From Eledone cirrhosa (taxonomy: Eukaryota), in NCBI GenBank assembly GCA_964016885.1, contig OZ024754.1:33294001-33358000 (forward strand): a stretch of DNA of 64,000 nt, given 5' to 3'. This document shows, piece by piece, positions 27,806 to 41,804 of this stretch. Below the pieces are notes generated by a model, which searched no databases, was not told the origin of the DNA, and saw nothing but the letters and a program-made list of their open reading frames with translations. The translations under genes were made by a program, and so were the position numbers. Numbering within the stretch: position 1 is the stretch's first letter; each line of letters opens with the position of its first letter.

Positions 27806-28876
27806 CTGAATTCAACATTTAGAACTATATATAAATTATAATTACACTTACACTTATAATATTTCTACTTATTTCCATAACAATCCACTTGGTTTTAATA
27901 TATTGATTTCTCTAAATGATATCTATAACATTTGCTATAATTTCACTTCTTAAAGTTTCATAAAATATATACATATATAATTCTAATTTTTTTTTATTTT
28001 AATTTTTTTTTTAATTTTAATTGTAATTTTAATCTTAATAATTTTTAATTCTTTATTTCTTATTTTTTATTTCTTTAATTTTTTATCCCTTTTTAAAAAT
28101 TACTTATTTTTTAAAATTTACTTATCTCTTATAAATTATTTTTTTTTTTAAATGTTCTCAAATTTTAAATATTTTTTCAATATCTTTTCTTAGATTTATA
28201 ACCACTAACTAATTCTGGCTAAATATATCTTTCAACATTTATACTTATTTTGACAAAATAGTCTCATACTAACGAATAAATAAACAAAACTGGAGTTTTT
28301 CCGTATCTTCCCATTTTAAAATATATAAATATAAATATTCTTATTAACTCAGTTAATTTAATTTAATTTAACTTAATATTTACTTACATTAAATACAAAA
28401 CCAATATCCCTCATAACTCATTAAAACAATTATCTATAACATAATATACCCATCTATTCATTTATTTATCTATTTATCTATTTATTTATTTATTTATTTA
28501 TTTATCTATCTACTTATAACAGAAAATATTATATTAGAAACGAATTTTAAACAACGAATAATCGTAAATACACATAATATTAGATTTATACTTAGAATAT
28601 ATTTCCCCCAAATTAACGTTATATTCATCTTCTCTTGTCTATTTCTTCTCTCTATCTCGCTCGTAATATTTTCTATCTTTATCCCCTTATATTCTTTCTC
28701 TCTCTCTTTCTCCAGTGTCATTTAAATAAACGGTTCTTTTTCAATTATTTACATATTCATTTGCATATTCACACATAAGTTTGAATAATCCCTAATATAT
28801 TTCCACTATCCAGTGAATTTCCAACCGATAAGGTATAATTTTCATGGGTATGACTCTATTTATGAAACAAACTTTG

Positions 28877-28940
28877 TATTTTATCTGATGAAAGCGTACC
28901 AATGTTGTCTTGGTACCCTAGAAATATATATAATAAAATA
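28877..28940 (+). ncRNA. Hammerhead ribozyme (family A)
   Basis: tattttat-CTGATGA-aagcgtaccaa..ttggtacccta-GAAA-tatata-TA-ataaaata. Confidence 0.75.
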
Positions 28941-28979
28941 AATATGGTTTTATAAATATAGTTTCCATTTATTTAATAT

Positions 28980-29077
<98 letters not shown>

Positions 29078-29120
29078 ATATATTTTATATATATATATAT
29101 TATATATATATATATGTTTT

Positions 29121-29169
<49 letters not shown>

Positions 29170-30019
29170 TACAATGAGAGAGTCTTGTGTCTATGTTAGA
29201 AAACGACTCTCTCTCTATTGGCAAAAATTTGTGAAATTATGAAACCAGAAGAACATACATACATACATATACATACATACAAACATGCATACTTACATAC
29301 ATATACATACATGGTGGCTGCCAACTCGTTTTCGAGTACGGCCACTACTTTATATCCATGTAGGAGAACCCCTACCGATGCGCTGAACGAGTGAGACTTT
29401 TTAGTCCAGCCAGCGACTTGAAAACTCTGGTACAAACACTACACTTGTGACAATTATTGTCACAGTGCTGGGCCCATGGTACCATGTGACTACAAGTGCA
29501 GAGAGATCTCCAGATATAAAGCAATGCCTGTGCCGTGAAGCTTTTATAGTGAGCAAAGGCACTGCACAAAGCCAGTCCCACTCTCTTAACCAAGATGATA
29601 TTTACCAAAAAGAAGAACAAGTCAACATCATTGGATACCATCAGAGTTGCAGGTGCTATATCAGAGTTTTCCTTCTCCTAGAATTCTGCCTTGACAAAGG
29701 CTAAGGGTTCATTTCTCCCGGTGATTTTGGATGGCCATTGACTCTTAAGAGCTCCTTTGCCCTTTGACAGGGTTTGTTTTTAGTCCTGCAGGATGTCCAA
29801 AGTCACCCTCCTCACCAAGAAACCTTGGTGTGGTTGCCGGTTTAGTAGCCAACGACCCGACCATGAGACAGGTTGTACTGGGATACATGTTACCAGTAGC
29901 ACCAACTGGTGACCTGACATAAACATACATACATACATACATACATACATACATACATACATACATACATACATACATACATACATACATACGTTTTGTG
30001 TTTGTATGTATGTATGTAC

Positions 30020-30768
30020 GTTTCTCTTTCTCTTAATTTCGAGTACATTTTTGACCGGCCACCTCCCTGGTGGCAAGATTGTAAAACAAAAGAAATTGTC
30101 ATCCTTTGAATAGCAAGAATATTTTACAAATGTTGAAGGTGCCAGCTATCGCAGCCATTTGTAGTCTATGAATTAGGGAGCTTGGATGTTTGTCCACAAA
30201 TCCAAGATCAGTTATACTTTGGTCGAAGCAGGTTGGTATATAACCTGTAGCTCCAATAATTGTTTCTACTTTAGGCACAAGGCCAGCATTACTGGTACTT
30301 TATTTTATCGACCCCGTAAGGATGAAAGGCAAAGTCAACCTCAGCGGGATTTGAACTCAGATCGTAAAGGGACGTAACTATGCTGGAAAGCATGGCGTCC
30401 GACCCTCTACCGATACTGCCAAACCACCGCTCCAATAATGATGGGTATGAAGCTGAAGGTGTATCTTTGATACTGGATCTTCAAACTCCTCATAAATGGT
30501 CCGAGATGTCCTCCTTCTCTTGTATTTTTCTTACAACGTTGACATCAAGTGGGCAGCTGATCTCTACAACAGAGCACGTTTTCAATATGTGGTCCCAAAC
30601 AATACCAGGAAACAATACCAGGTCGGTTGTGCTTTAATTTGGTGGCAGTTTTTATTTTCAGGTTCCACCAGTATTCTTTAGTGCCATCTATCTCAACATA
30701 TTCCTCCTCATTTGTTTTTAATTTTGTTTTCCTAAGTGTGTTCCAGATGGTTCTAGCTATCACATCGT
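30020..30768 (-). pseudogene. 3' fragment of an R4/Dong-like non-LTR retrotransposon (restriction-like endonuclease domain plus 3' UTR)
   Basis: [24 protein letters not shown] / [31 protein letters not shown] / [27 protein letters not shown]; stop at 30099; interrupted by a SINE. Confidence 0.8.
30258..30429 (-). mobile_element. Major SINE with 11-bp TSD GCTCCAATAAT
   Basis: TSD at 30250-30260 and 30429-30439. Confidence 0.88.
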
Positions 30769-30781
30769 GTATGTTTGCATG

Positions 30782-30815
<34 letters not shown>

Positions 30816-31120
30816 TGTATGTATGTATGTATGTATATATGCATGTATATATGCACGTATGTATGTATGCATGTATATATTCCATGTAAGCATGTATGTA
30901 TGTATGAATATATGCATGTATGTATGTATATATGCATGTATATATGCATGTATGTATATATGCATGTATATATTCCATGTAAGCATGTATGTATGTATGT
31001 TTGTATGTATGTATGTATGCATGTATGTATGTATGCATGTTTGTATGTATGTATATATGTATGTATGTATACATGTCTGTATGTATATATGTATGTTTGT
31101 ATGTATATATGTATATGTCT

Positions 31121-31161
<41 letters not shown>

Positions 31162-31474
31162 TATATGTATGTTTGTATCTATCGATGTATATATATATGT
31201 ATGTATGTATCATGTTTATATGTATGTATATATATATATATGTATGTTTCTTTGTATGTATGCATGTATGTGTATCTGTATGTAGGTTTGTATGTTTGTG
31301 TGTATATATGTATTTATGTATGTATATATATATATGTATATATGTATATATGTATGTATGTGTACGTGATGTCAGTTCGCTATTGATGTGTAAAATGTAT
31401 TTTTTCTGTTTATTCATGATTGCGTTTATGATTGTATGTGGGAGTGTGTGTGTTTGCGTCAGTGCACATCAATG

Positions 31475-31510
<36 letters not shown>

Positions 31511-31744
31511 TGTGTGTGTGTGTGTGTGTGAGTGGGAGCGCGTGTATTTGTTTGTGTGTATGTCTGAATGTGTGTATGTGTATGTGAGTATGTGTACGTG
31601 CGTGTGCATATATGTGTGTGTGTTCGCGTGTGTATGTGTGTGTGAGAGAGAGAGAGAGAGGGAGAGAGAGGGAGAGAGAGGGAGAGAGAGGGAGAGAGCA
31701 CGTGTATGTGTTTGTGTATATGTCTCAATGTCTTATGTGCGTGT

Positions 31745-31785
<41 letters not shown>

Positions 31786-33714
31786 TGGGAGCGCGTGTAT
31801 TTGTTTGTGTGTATGTCTAAATGTGTGTATGTGTATGTGAGTATGTGTATGTGCGTGTGCATATATGTGTGTGTGTTTGTGTGTGTATGTGTGTGTGAGA
31901 GATAGAGAGAGGGAGAGAGCACGTGTATGTGTTTGTGTGTATGTCTGAAGGTGTGTATGTGCGTGTGTGTGTGTGTGTGTGCGTGTGTGTGTGTGTGTGT
32001 GTGTGCGCGTGCATGTGTATGTGTGTGTGTGTGCATGTGTGTGCGTGTGTGAGTGTGTGTGTGGTTACGCGAACACATGCACGTTTTTATGTATTGAGCA
32101 TGAAGCGTTGGGGTCGGTGAAGGAGGCGTAAGTTGAGTGGTTAATGGAAAGGTTAAGGTCGTTTCCAGAGAGAAGGACAGAGGAAAAGAGAGACAAAGAG
32201 GCTGAGAGAGGGAAGGAGAGTGAGGCAGAGTGGGAGATGGACAGACGGAGAGAGAGAGGGGGGCTGAGAAACAGTCTAAATGATAGACAGATAGAGGGGA
32301 GAAAGAGAGAGAAATAGAGACTGGAGATATAGAGACAGAAAGAGAGAGGAGAGATAGACTGAGAGATAGGAAGACAGAAAGAGGGGGCGTGGGAGAAATA
32401 GACTGAAAGATAGACAGACAGAGAGGGATGGGGAGAGAGACAGGGATAGGCAAACAGAGGAGGAAGAGAGAAAGAGAGACCGAGAGATAGACAGACAGGG
32501 AGAGGAGAGGGAAGAAAAGAAAGAGAGAGAGAGAGAGAGAGAGATGGGCAGACAAAGAGGGGAAGGGAGGGAGAGCGAGTGACTGAGAGATAGGCAGATA
32601 GAGAGATGGAATAAGGATTGAGACGGAGAAGGGGAAGGGATAGAGAGAGAGGGAGAGAGAGAGAGAAAGAGTGAGAGAGAGAGAGAGAGAGAAAGAAAGA
32701 GACTGACAGATAGACAGCAAAAGAAACTAATGATAGGAGATAAGAAGAGAGAGAGAGATAGAGAGAAAGAAAGAGACTGACAGATAGACAGCAAAAGAAA
32801 CTAATGATAGGAGATAAGAAGAGAGAGAGAGAGGAGAGAGAGAGAGGTGATGATAACGAGAGAAGAAGAGTGAAAGAGATAATATCTGATGGGTAAGGGG
32901 GGGGGGGGGTATGGAAGAGAAGGGGTTGAGAGCGTGACTTTATTTCCCCTAACACGTACGACACAATATGACAACCAATTTATAACCAGCTGGTTATAGA
33001 GGAGAAAATGGTGGCTGGAATAAGAGGGTCGGGGTAAGTGGAAAGACAACATAACATTTTATGTTATGTTGTCTATTGGTCTACCACTGGTGAACTGGGG
33101 AGGGAGGGAGAGGGTGGGGGAGAGGGGGAGAAGGGGAGGGGGGAGACAGAGAGAGAGACAGTAACAGAGGGAGAGAGAAGGGAGTGGAGGAGAAGGAGAG
33201 GGGAGATACAGAGAGAGACAGAGAGAGATGCAGTGAGAGAGGGATAGGGGGAGGGGAATGGGGGACGGGGAGGGGAGAGAGTGGGAGAGAGAGAGACAGT
33301 GAGAGATGCAGTGAGAGAGGGATAGGGGGAGGGGGAGAGGAGAGAGAGGGAGAGAGAGAGAGACAGTGAGAGAGGAAGAGAGAGAGAGGGAGAGAGAGAA
33401 GGAGGAGAGGGACAGATAGAGAGAGAGAGTGAGAGAGAGAGGGGAGAAAGGGAGAAAGGGAGAGAGCGGGGGGAGAGAGAGGGACAGAGAGAGACGGGGT
33501 ATAAGATCCATGGACTGGTTGACGTCAATAGTGGTGGTGGTGGTAGGGGTGGTAGTGGTGGTGGTGGTGGTGGTGGTGGTGGTGGTGGCTGAGGCATGGG
33601 CAAGGTAAAACTGAAAGACAGACATAAAAGGAATTATAAAGTTACAATGTCGGAGAGCCTTGATAGACACATACACACATATATATACAACCGTACACAC
33701 AAACACAAATATTG

Positions 33715-33757
<43 letters not shown>

Positions 33758-33799
33758 ATAATATTAATAAATGGAAACTATCCTTATAAAACCATATTT

Positions 33800-33857
33800 A
33801 TTTTATTATATACATTTCAAGCGTACCAAAATTTTGGTACGCCCTCATCAGATAAAA
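33800..33857 (-). ncRNA. Hammerhead ribozyme (family A)
   Basis: RC: ttttat-CTGATGA-gggcgtaccaaaattttggtacgctt-GAAA-tgtata-TA-ataaaa. Confidence 0.8.
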
Positions 33858-33992
33858 GACAAAAGTTGGTTTACAGATAGTGACATATTCAAAACTAGAA
33901 CTTAACGTTTTGAGTTCTGTTTGAATAATCAACAAATCAAATAACTCATTGCTTATATATATAAATATATATATATAAATATATATATATAA

Positions 33993-34040
<48 letters not shown>

Positions 34041-34043
34041 ATG

Positions 34044-34151
<108 letters not shown>

Positions 34152-34297
34152 AGGTAAAAATTTAACAATGAAATTCATATCATTGTTATACGATCGTTTC
34201 GGAGGGTTGATCTTATTGGCATATTGTCTCATCTATAGCAATTATATAACTGTATACTATCAGACCTCATATAAAGGTTCGATCAGACCGTCTTCTT

Positions 34298-34333
<36 letters not shown>

Positions 34334-34443
34334 ATTATATATATAGTGGTAGAACGCTGGAAGGTAATATCCGTAGTGGTAGAGCACTCAGTCCATGGGA
34401 CGAGTTAGGTAGAAGTGGTTAAACAACAGTTAGTTCATCATAC

Positions 34444-34481
34444 CGAGAACAATTGTTTCACCTTAGCGGATCCTCAGCTCG
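34444..34481 (-). ncRNA. Hammerhead ribozyme (separate family)
   Basis: RC: cgag-CTGAGGA-t-cc gctaa gg-t-GAAA-caattg-TT-ctcg; stem III ACAATTGT is a perfect palindrome. Confidence 0.72.
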
Positions 34482-34519
34482 TAACGGACATGGATATACG
34501 GGTATATATATATATATAT

Positions 34520-34812
34520 AAGTAGAAGGGGTATTTAATTTGTTGCAAGTCCGACAAATATAAATGTTTATAACTGATTTAGAGCACTCAACAAGTTCCT
34601 GGAGTTAATATTCAATGATATTAAATAAATGGACTATCCAGAGAATATCCAACCGATAAGGTATGATTTTCATGGAAATGTCTCTATTTATAAAACAAAC
34701 TTTGTATTTTATCTGAGGAAAGCGTACCAATGTGTTTTGGTACCCTTGATATATATATAATAAAATAAATATGGTTTTATAAATATAGTTTCCATTTATT
34801 TAATATCATTGT
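34520..34812. mobile_element. Family A inverted element with mutated HHR (GAAA>GATA, 34705-34767)
   Basis: Left arm is the RC of the long tail; right arm ends at ATCATTG followed by (TA)n. Confidence 0.72.
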
Positions 34813-35080
34813 ATATATATATATATATATATACATGCGTACACACACACACATACACACAAACACACACATATTTATATATATACATGCGTACACACAA
34901 ACACAGATATTGTATGATAAAGTTATATCTGTGCAGATATAAAGTAGGTAACCGAGACTGCAATAATGTGTATATAAATATACATATTTTTCATATGTAG
35001 ACATGTAAACATGCCAGAAAATACAAAAAAAAAGATAACAAAAGTCTTATTAGTTTCACGCTTAAAAATGGAAAAAGGGA

Positions 35081-35118
35081 AGTTCAACGTTTCGGATGTT
35101 AGTCCTTTATCGGGAGAG
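35081..35118 (-). ncRNA. Degenerate hammerhead related to the 4133 copy
   Basis: RC: CCGATAA-a-ggactaacatcc-GAAA-cg-TT-gaac. Confidence 0.5.
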
Positions 35119-35449
35119 GAAACAAAGATGAAGTTCAGAGAGTAGTAGTAGAAGAAACACAAAAATAGGGTCCATAATTAGAAGAGAATAACAAAATAGG
35201 GGTATGTGAGTCTGTATTTAATTCTACTTTCTGTGTTTGTGCTCATGTGTTATTGGAAAGGTGCATATATTGTTCGTTGTGATGTGTATATATCTCTCTG
35301 TGTAGTAACATCATATATGCGTGAAATGTGTGAAACCTGGATGAAAATAAACTTATAGCGATCGTTATATCACCATCGTAATGCAACAACATTCGACACC
35401 GAGTTAGAATGGGTGTGTACGTATATGTACGGATTTATGTGTGAATATG

Positions 35450-35626
35450 TAACGTATTTCCCGGCGCTGAAGACGCTTCGTCCTCGAGGACGCACCCTAA
35501 TTTTGACAACCAAAAATTTGAAAAAAAATAATAATAAACAACCTTTGGCCTCTCCATGAGGCATGGTAGATTTTTGAGACTTGTTTTAGGAAAAAAGTAG
35601 CGTCTTCGATGCTGGGAAATATGGTA
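35450..35626. mobile_element. pogo/Tigger-like MITE (TIR CCGTATTTCCCGGCG, TA flanks)
   Basis: Imperfect TIRs; relatives at 37830-38407, 38622-38646 and 38777-39479. Confidence 0.7.
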
Positions 35627-35849
35627 TGTGTTTCTACGTGTGTGTTTATTAGTAAGTGAATTAATGTTTTTTTGTTAAATGTGCAATGTTTGTGTTTGAA
35701 TATATCCGTGTCATATAGGGATGGTGCATGAGTGTCAGTGTGCATGTGGATAGGACGTGTGTGAGGAAAACAGATAAGAGGAAGTGGCATTCAGGCCATA
35801 GTGGGTAGATGTACATAGAAAAAAATACGCTGCTGTTCTCTCTGAAGGA

Positions 35850-36120
35850 TGAGAGACTGAAAACATTGAGGTTGCGTGTAGAATGACCGGTGGGGCAGAA
35901 TCATCGGGAGGCCGTTGACGGATTGCAGACTCTGATGTCCGGGAGATGCTTCGCGAATCTATCAGCCAATTGACGGCCAGTTTAACAAATGTAGACAGCC
36001 TGGCACAGAGTGCAACGGAGGCCTTAGACGACACCTGTGAAGGTACAGCTGAAGGGCTCCCTAACAATAATGAAGCGGCTGCTGGGTTCGATAAGGATGA
36101 TGGTGTGGGGGATGAAGCTG
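35850..36120 (-). pseudogene. Penelope-like GIY-YIG endonuclease relic (Neptune-like linker)
   Basis: Frame absent from the ORF track: SFIPHTIILIEPSSRFIIVREPFSCTFTGVV*GLRCTLCQAVYIC*TGRQLADRFAKHLPDIR..SR*FCPTGHSTRNLNV. Confidence 0.82.
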
Positions 36121-36217
36121 TGTCAGTTAGTTAGTTACTTACTAATGTGTTCGTGGTCTTTCTATTGGGTAGAATCTTCCTTTATATGATTTTCTAACTT
36201 CCCCCCTCTCTCTATCG

Positions 36218-36278
<61 letters not shown>

Positions 36279-37326
36279 CATTTCTTTATCTCTCTCTTTC
36301 TCTCTCTCACTCTAGCTCTCTCTCTCTCTCCCTCTCTATCTATCTATCTATCTATCTATCTCAATAACACTACCAACAACAACCACCACTATAACAACAA
36401 TAACAACCAGATGGAAATGGAACAACAATATGTACAACGATAATCGGCCCTACACAGACACACACACACATTCATATACAAATACACACACACACATATA
36501 AACACACATACACATACACACGTATATATACACCAACATACACACAAATCAATACTAATATTATAAAGTGGACATTTAAAACTAAAACGGAGAAAGATAA
36601 AAGGCTGGTGGTGGTGGAGGTGGCGGTGGTGGCCATGGTAGTGGTAGTGGTGGTGGTGGTGGTGGCCATGGTAGTGGTAGTGGTGGTGGTGGTGGTGGCC
36701 ATGGTAGTGGTAGTGGTGGTGGTGGTGGTGGTGGTGGTAGTGGTGGTGATGGTGTTTGAGGTAGTGGTGGTGTTGGTGGCTGTGGTAGTGGTGTGGGGGG
36801 GGCTATGGTGGTGATGGTGGTGATGGTAGCGATGATGGTGATGGTGGTGATGGTGGTGATAGTGGTGATGGTGGTGGTGGCGATGATGATGATGGTGGAT
36901 GGTGTTGGTGGTAGTGGTGGTGGAGGCGGTGGTGGTGTTGGTGGTGGTGATGGTGGTGGTGGCGATGATGGTGGTGATGGTGATGGTGATGGTTGTGGTG
37001 ATGGTCGTGGTGGTGGTGGTGATGGTGGTGGTGATGGTGGTGGTGGTGGTGGCGATGACGATGATGGTGGTGATGATTGTGGTGGCGGCTGTGGTGACAA
37101 TGGTGGTGATGGTGGATGGGTGGGGCTTTAACATGATATCTCTTTTATTCTGGATCTGTCCAGAATGTGGTAAGGTGGTCCGTTACACGTGACTAGTTGT
37201 AAAGGTCAAGTTAGCAGCCCGCCTCATAACATGTTCACCTCTCCAGCTAAACACCGACCCCCGCCCTCTCACAACCTTACATCAGATACTGGCCTCTTTG
37301 TAGTGTTAACAAAATCCGTGCTCCTA

Positions 37327-37379
<53 letters not shown>

Positions 37380-38044
37380 TACACACAAATTATATATATA
37401 CACACATATATATATGTATATATATATAATCAGAAGTTCAGACCAATCTTACACTCAGGATATTGTGCCCTAATGAAGGTCCCATAATGTAGGTCCTATA
37501 ATATTGCTGTTTTAATTTGTTTGGTTAATACCCAAATGAGGGATTAGCAATATAGAAGGCAACAACTTGATAAAACCTTTGCTAGATGATCTATAAATGT
37601 GTTTTTACTGGCTGAATAGAAATACCTAACTTACTAGTAGTCTATATTGAATGTTTTAAGTTGGTGTTACCAACAATCTGTGAATGACTAAGTTGGGGCT
37701 GGCGTCTGAAAAATGTTAAAGAATACAGTATGTGAATGACATATCCTTACGGCCAAGAAGAATACTATGTCGGGGTTTTTCAAACTGCGTATCCTGAAAT
37801 AAATATAGTGGAATAAGGGATCGCAAAATTACCGAAGACGCTACTTTTTTCTTAAAATAAGTCTAAAAAATCTACCATGCAACTTGGAGGCCGAAGGTTG
37901 TTTATATCGGTAGAGGGTCGGATGCCATGCTTGTCAGTATAGAGTTACGGCCTTCTATGATCTGAGTTCAATCAACTTTCCCCTCTCCAAAATTTGTTGG
38001 CCTTGTGCCTAAATCAGAAACTATTATTATTATTATTATTATTA

Positions 38045-38105
<61 letters not shown>

Positions 38106-38106
38106 A

Positions 38107-38322
38107 GGGCGGTGGATTGGCAGTATCGGTGGAGGGCATGGACGCCATGCTTTGCAGCATAGAGTTATGGCCTTTATGGTTTGAGTTCAAATCCCGTCGA
38201 GGTTAACTTTGCCTTTCATCCTTACGGGGTTGATAAAATAAAGTACCAGTCATGCACTGGGGTCGATTTAATCGACTTTCCCCTCCCACAAAATTGCTGT
38301 CCTTGTGCCTATAAAAGAAACC
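38107..38322 (+). mobile_element. Major SINE (long variant) nested in a MITE; internally deleted copy at 37885-38030
   Basis: Head, core and tail match. Confidence 0.85.
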
Positions 38323-38776
38323 ATTTTTTTTTTTTTCAAATTTTTGTTTGTGAAAATTAGGGTGTGTCCTCGAGGACGAAGCGTCATCTGCGCCGGGAAA
38401 TATGGGACGTAAACTTATACAAAAATAAACAAAGGGAGCCAAAATTTCCTTCGCACACATAGGTATATTGAGCCGCAAAACAAGAGTCATCTGTTGCTGT
38501 GGGTCGCACTAAAGAAATGTTTGAAAAATGCTGGTCTGATACAGCCAAATGTCTTTTGAAAGTTCTACAAGATACTTAGCTTTCTGTATATATTGCTCTC
38601 TATCTGGGCAAATATAAAACTTACCGTATTTCCCGGCGTCGAAGATTCTGCGTGACATAGTGTGTTTGTTTGACAAAGCTGGCCCTTTCAAGTAGAGGTA
38701 TAGTCCATCCGAGGGGGCCACCATTACAATGTCCTTATACCCTATTCCACTCACAAGTCATGGATCAACTCAAAGC

Positions 38777-39479
38777 TGCCGTATTTCCCGGCCTTGAAGA
38801 CGCTTCGTTTTTCCTGAAATATGTCTTTAAAATATACCATGCGTCCTGGAGAGGGAAGTGCTCTCTTCCCAGCATTTTGTTGAAAGATGGGTGAGAGAAG
38901 CAAGAATGGCCCGAGTGAATGGGCCTACTCTGAGTATATATCTGTAAATTAAAGGTGGAAAACTGGGAGAGGGCACTTGCCTTGGTGGTCAGGGTCATTG
39001 TGGCTTTTTACTGGGCTTTCTCCACAAATGTCCCTCCGAAGTCTCCCCCCTATTGGGGAATTTTTCATTGTTATTTTTTGTTACATCCTCTGTTTTTGTT
39101 TTTTACACGCAGAAATGCCCATTTGTACCGTCCTGCATTGTCCTGCACTGTCCTTAATGTCTACTTTATGTAAACCCTTGTGGTTAATAAGGAAATCATT
39201 ATTATTTTTTTCGGTGGATTGGCAGTATCGGTAGAGGGTTGGACGCCATGCTTTGCAGCACAGTTACGTCCCCTTACGGACTGAGTTCAAATCCCGCCGA
39301 GGTTAACTTTGCCTTTCATCCTTACGGGGTCGATAAAATAAAGTACCAGTAATACACTGGCATAATTGCTGGCCTTGTGCCAAAAGTAGAAACAATTATT
39401 ATTTTTTTCAAACTTATGCTTGTCAAAAGTCGGGTGCGTTCTCGAGGACGAAGCGTCTTCGGCGCCGAGAAATGCGGTA
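38777..39479. mobile_element. MITE carrying a nested LINE 3' end (38855-39200) and a SINE (39211-39401)
   Basis: TIRs CCGTATTTCCCGG ... CCGAGAAATGCGG-TA. Confidence 0.7.
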
Positions 39480-39791
39480 CATTTGTTTTATAATTGATTA
39501 TGAAGAAGATATTACTAGAATGTTGTGTGAACCGTCTCAACCGACCTACCTTTGTCTATAAAGAACTATGGAAAGAACTGATTGATAGACCAGTCCGGCG
39601 GATAGGTCGATAGTTGGTCCATTGATTGTTTGACGTAAAGTTATTGGTAATGTACAAGTGATCTGTCGTTTGTCTATATATCTTTCTTTACATCTATCTG
39701 TCTGCATATATATCTGCCTATTTATCTATTCATCCATTTGTCTGTCTGCCTATCTATCTCTCTAAATATCTATCTGTCCATATCCCTATAA

Positions 39792-39864
<73 letters not shown>

Positions 39865-40084
39865 GGAAGAGAGGAAAGGGGTACAAACTCTTCGTACTCC
39901 TGGAGATGAGAGTTGCACATTTTTTCGGGGGTATGTGTTACCCTTATGAAATGTCTCCCCCTATTGGGGAAAATCGATTAACTTTTCAATTGCATTTGTG
40001 ATAATATTTTACACGTTTTTATTGTATGTAAACTTCCCCTTTTGTATTTGTCCCCTTCTTTTGTGCCCCTGTGGATAATAAAGA

Positions 40085-40147
<63 letters not shown>

Positions 40148-40189
40148 CTCTAAGCAAATATAAAAGAGTACTCAATGTATTGTACAGAG

Positions 40190-40255
<66 letters not shown>

Positions 40256-40261
<6 letters not shown>

Positions 40262-40810
40262 TAAAATAACAGATTAAAGTTTAAGTTTAAGCAAAGAATC
40301 GCTGCTTTCACCCTTAACGGGATCTTCTGAAACTAACAAAGTCAATCTGTAAACGCAGAAGTGGATATTTCAAAAAACGTTGCAACCGGAGGAAGACAGG
40401 AAGACGATACTTTGGTTCGTGGAAACGTTCGATGGCAAAGAACGGGAAAAAACGAATATAATACGTCATTAATAGGAGCGGTGAAAAACAATTACGCGCA
40501 AAGACAGAACCACGTTTATGGTATAAAAGACTAATGTTTCCCGTTCTTTGCCAGCGAACGTTTCCACGAACCAAAGTATCGTCTTCCTGTCTTCCTCCGG
40601 TTGCAACGTTTTTTGAAATATCCACTTCTGCGTTTACAGATTGACCTTGTTAGTTTCAGAAGATCCCGTTAAGGGTGAAAGCAGCGATTCTTTGCTTAAA
40701 CTTTAATCTGTTATTTTAATAAATATTTGCTCTACGGTTCTTATATATTTGATATATATTTATCCTTATCGAGCCCTCTTTGGATTTTAGTCTTCAAATT
40801 TATTATTATT
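40256..40810. mobile_element. Fold-back element family G: ~190-bp inverted arms, ~85-bp spacer, tail
   Basis: Arms 40256-40450 and 40536-40726; tail TTGCTCTACGGTTCTTATA also at ~12165, partial at ~20450. Confidence 0.82.
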
Positions 40811-41762
40811 ACTATATATATATATAGCTCTGTACAATACATAGACGGCTCTTCTTTCCTTTAACTTTTCTACGGAAATACTTAACAGCCATATATATAT
40901 ATATATATATATATTTCGTTTCTGAATTTGTTTAGCAAGATTCTTTATCTGAATTCGTGTGTTGAAACCGATATTGTTATACTTTGGGGGGGTCATGTTG
41001 CTAATAAGAAACACACGTGAAGTGAAAGCAACTGGTGCGTGTGTTTCTTATTGGCAACATGACCCTCCCAAAGTATAACAATATATATATATATATATAA
41101 TGTATAATAAACAATACAATATAATTACCTCATTACCAGAAGTTTCCCGAATAAGACGAATACGAAAAAAACGTCCTCATTCGTTCCTTGTCCGACGAAC
41201 GAATGAGGACGTTTTTTTCGTATTCGTCTTATTCGGGAAACTTCTGGTAATGAGGTAATTATATTGTATTGTTTATTATACATTAAATTTTGCTCTGGTA
41301 CTTACATAGAGCACTCTTCACTCCTATGACTTTTTCAATTTTCAACGGAAACTTCAATACCTATATATATATATATATTGAGCTCTGCTGATGAATGAAA
41401 TTCCAACCGTGACCATCTCCACTGAAAGTTTTCATGAAATAGTCTTTTAAGACTATACAGAGCATTTGATGTTATTCCAAATTGAAGGATAAGTGTTTCA
41501 AACTTTATTTTATCATGAGTTAAAGGTCTATAGACTTTTCCCTGGATTTTACTAAATTCTGTGGATGAATTTATATCCTGATTCTCTTTTGAGATGAGTT
41601 TGAGTTATTTTTTCTAAATCTTTCGTTAACTACTTTTCCCATCTTGACTTTATAGTCGCATATATGTTATAGAATGCCGTTAGCTTCTTGCTAAAACAAT
41701 CTCTATACCTCTCATTTATATATATATATGCTTGTCTGTGTATCTATCTGTCTGTATGTCTA

Positions 41763-41804
<42 letters not shown>

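Noticed and set aside
27830-28510. Very AT-rich stretch resembling mitochondrial DNA (NUMT)
   Set aside because: No recognisable mitochondrial gene, rRNA or tRNA motif by eye; a BLAST against mitogenomes would settle it
35946-36134. Plus-strand ORF MLRESISQLT and minus ORF 35735-36067
   Set aside because: Shadow frames of the GIY-YIG relic
41380-41410. CTGATGA..GAAA
   Set aside because: Only 2 nt between the motifs, so no stem II is possible
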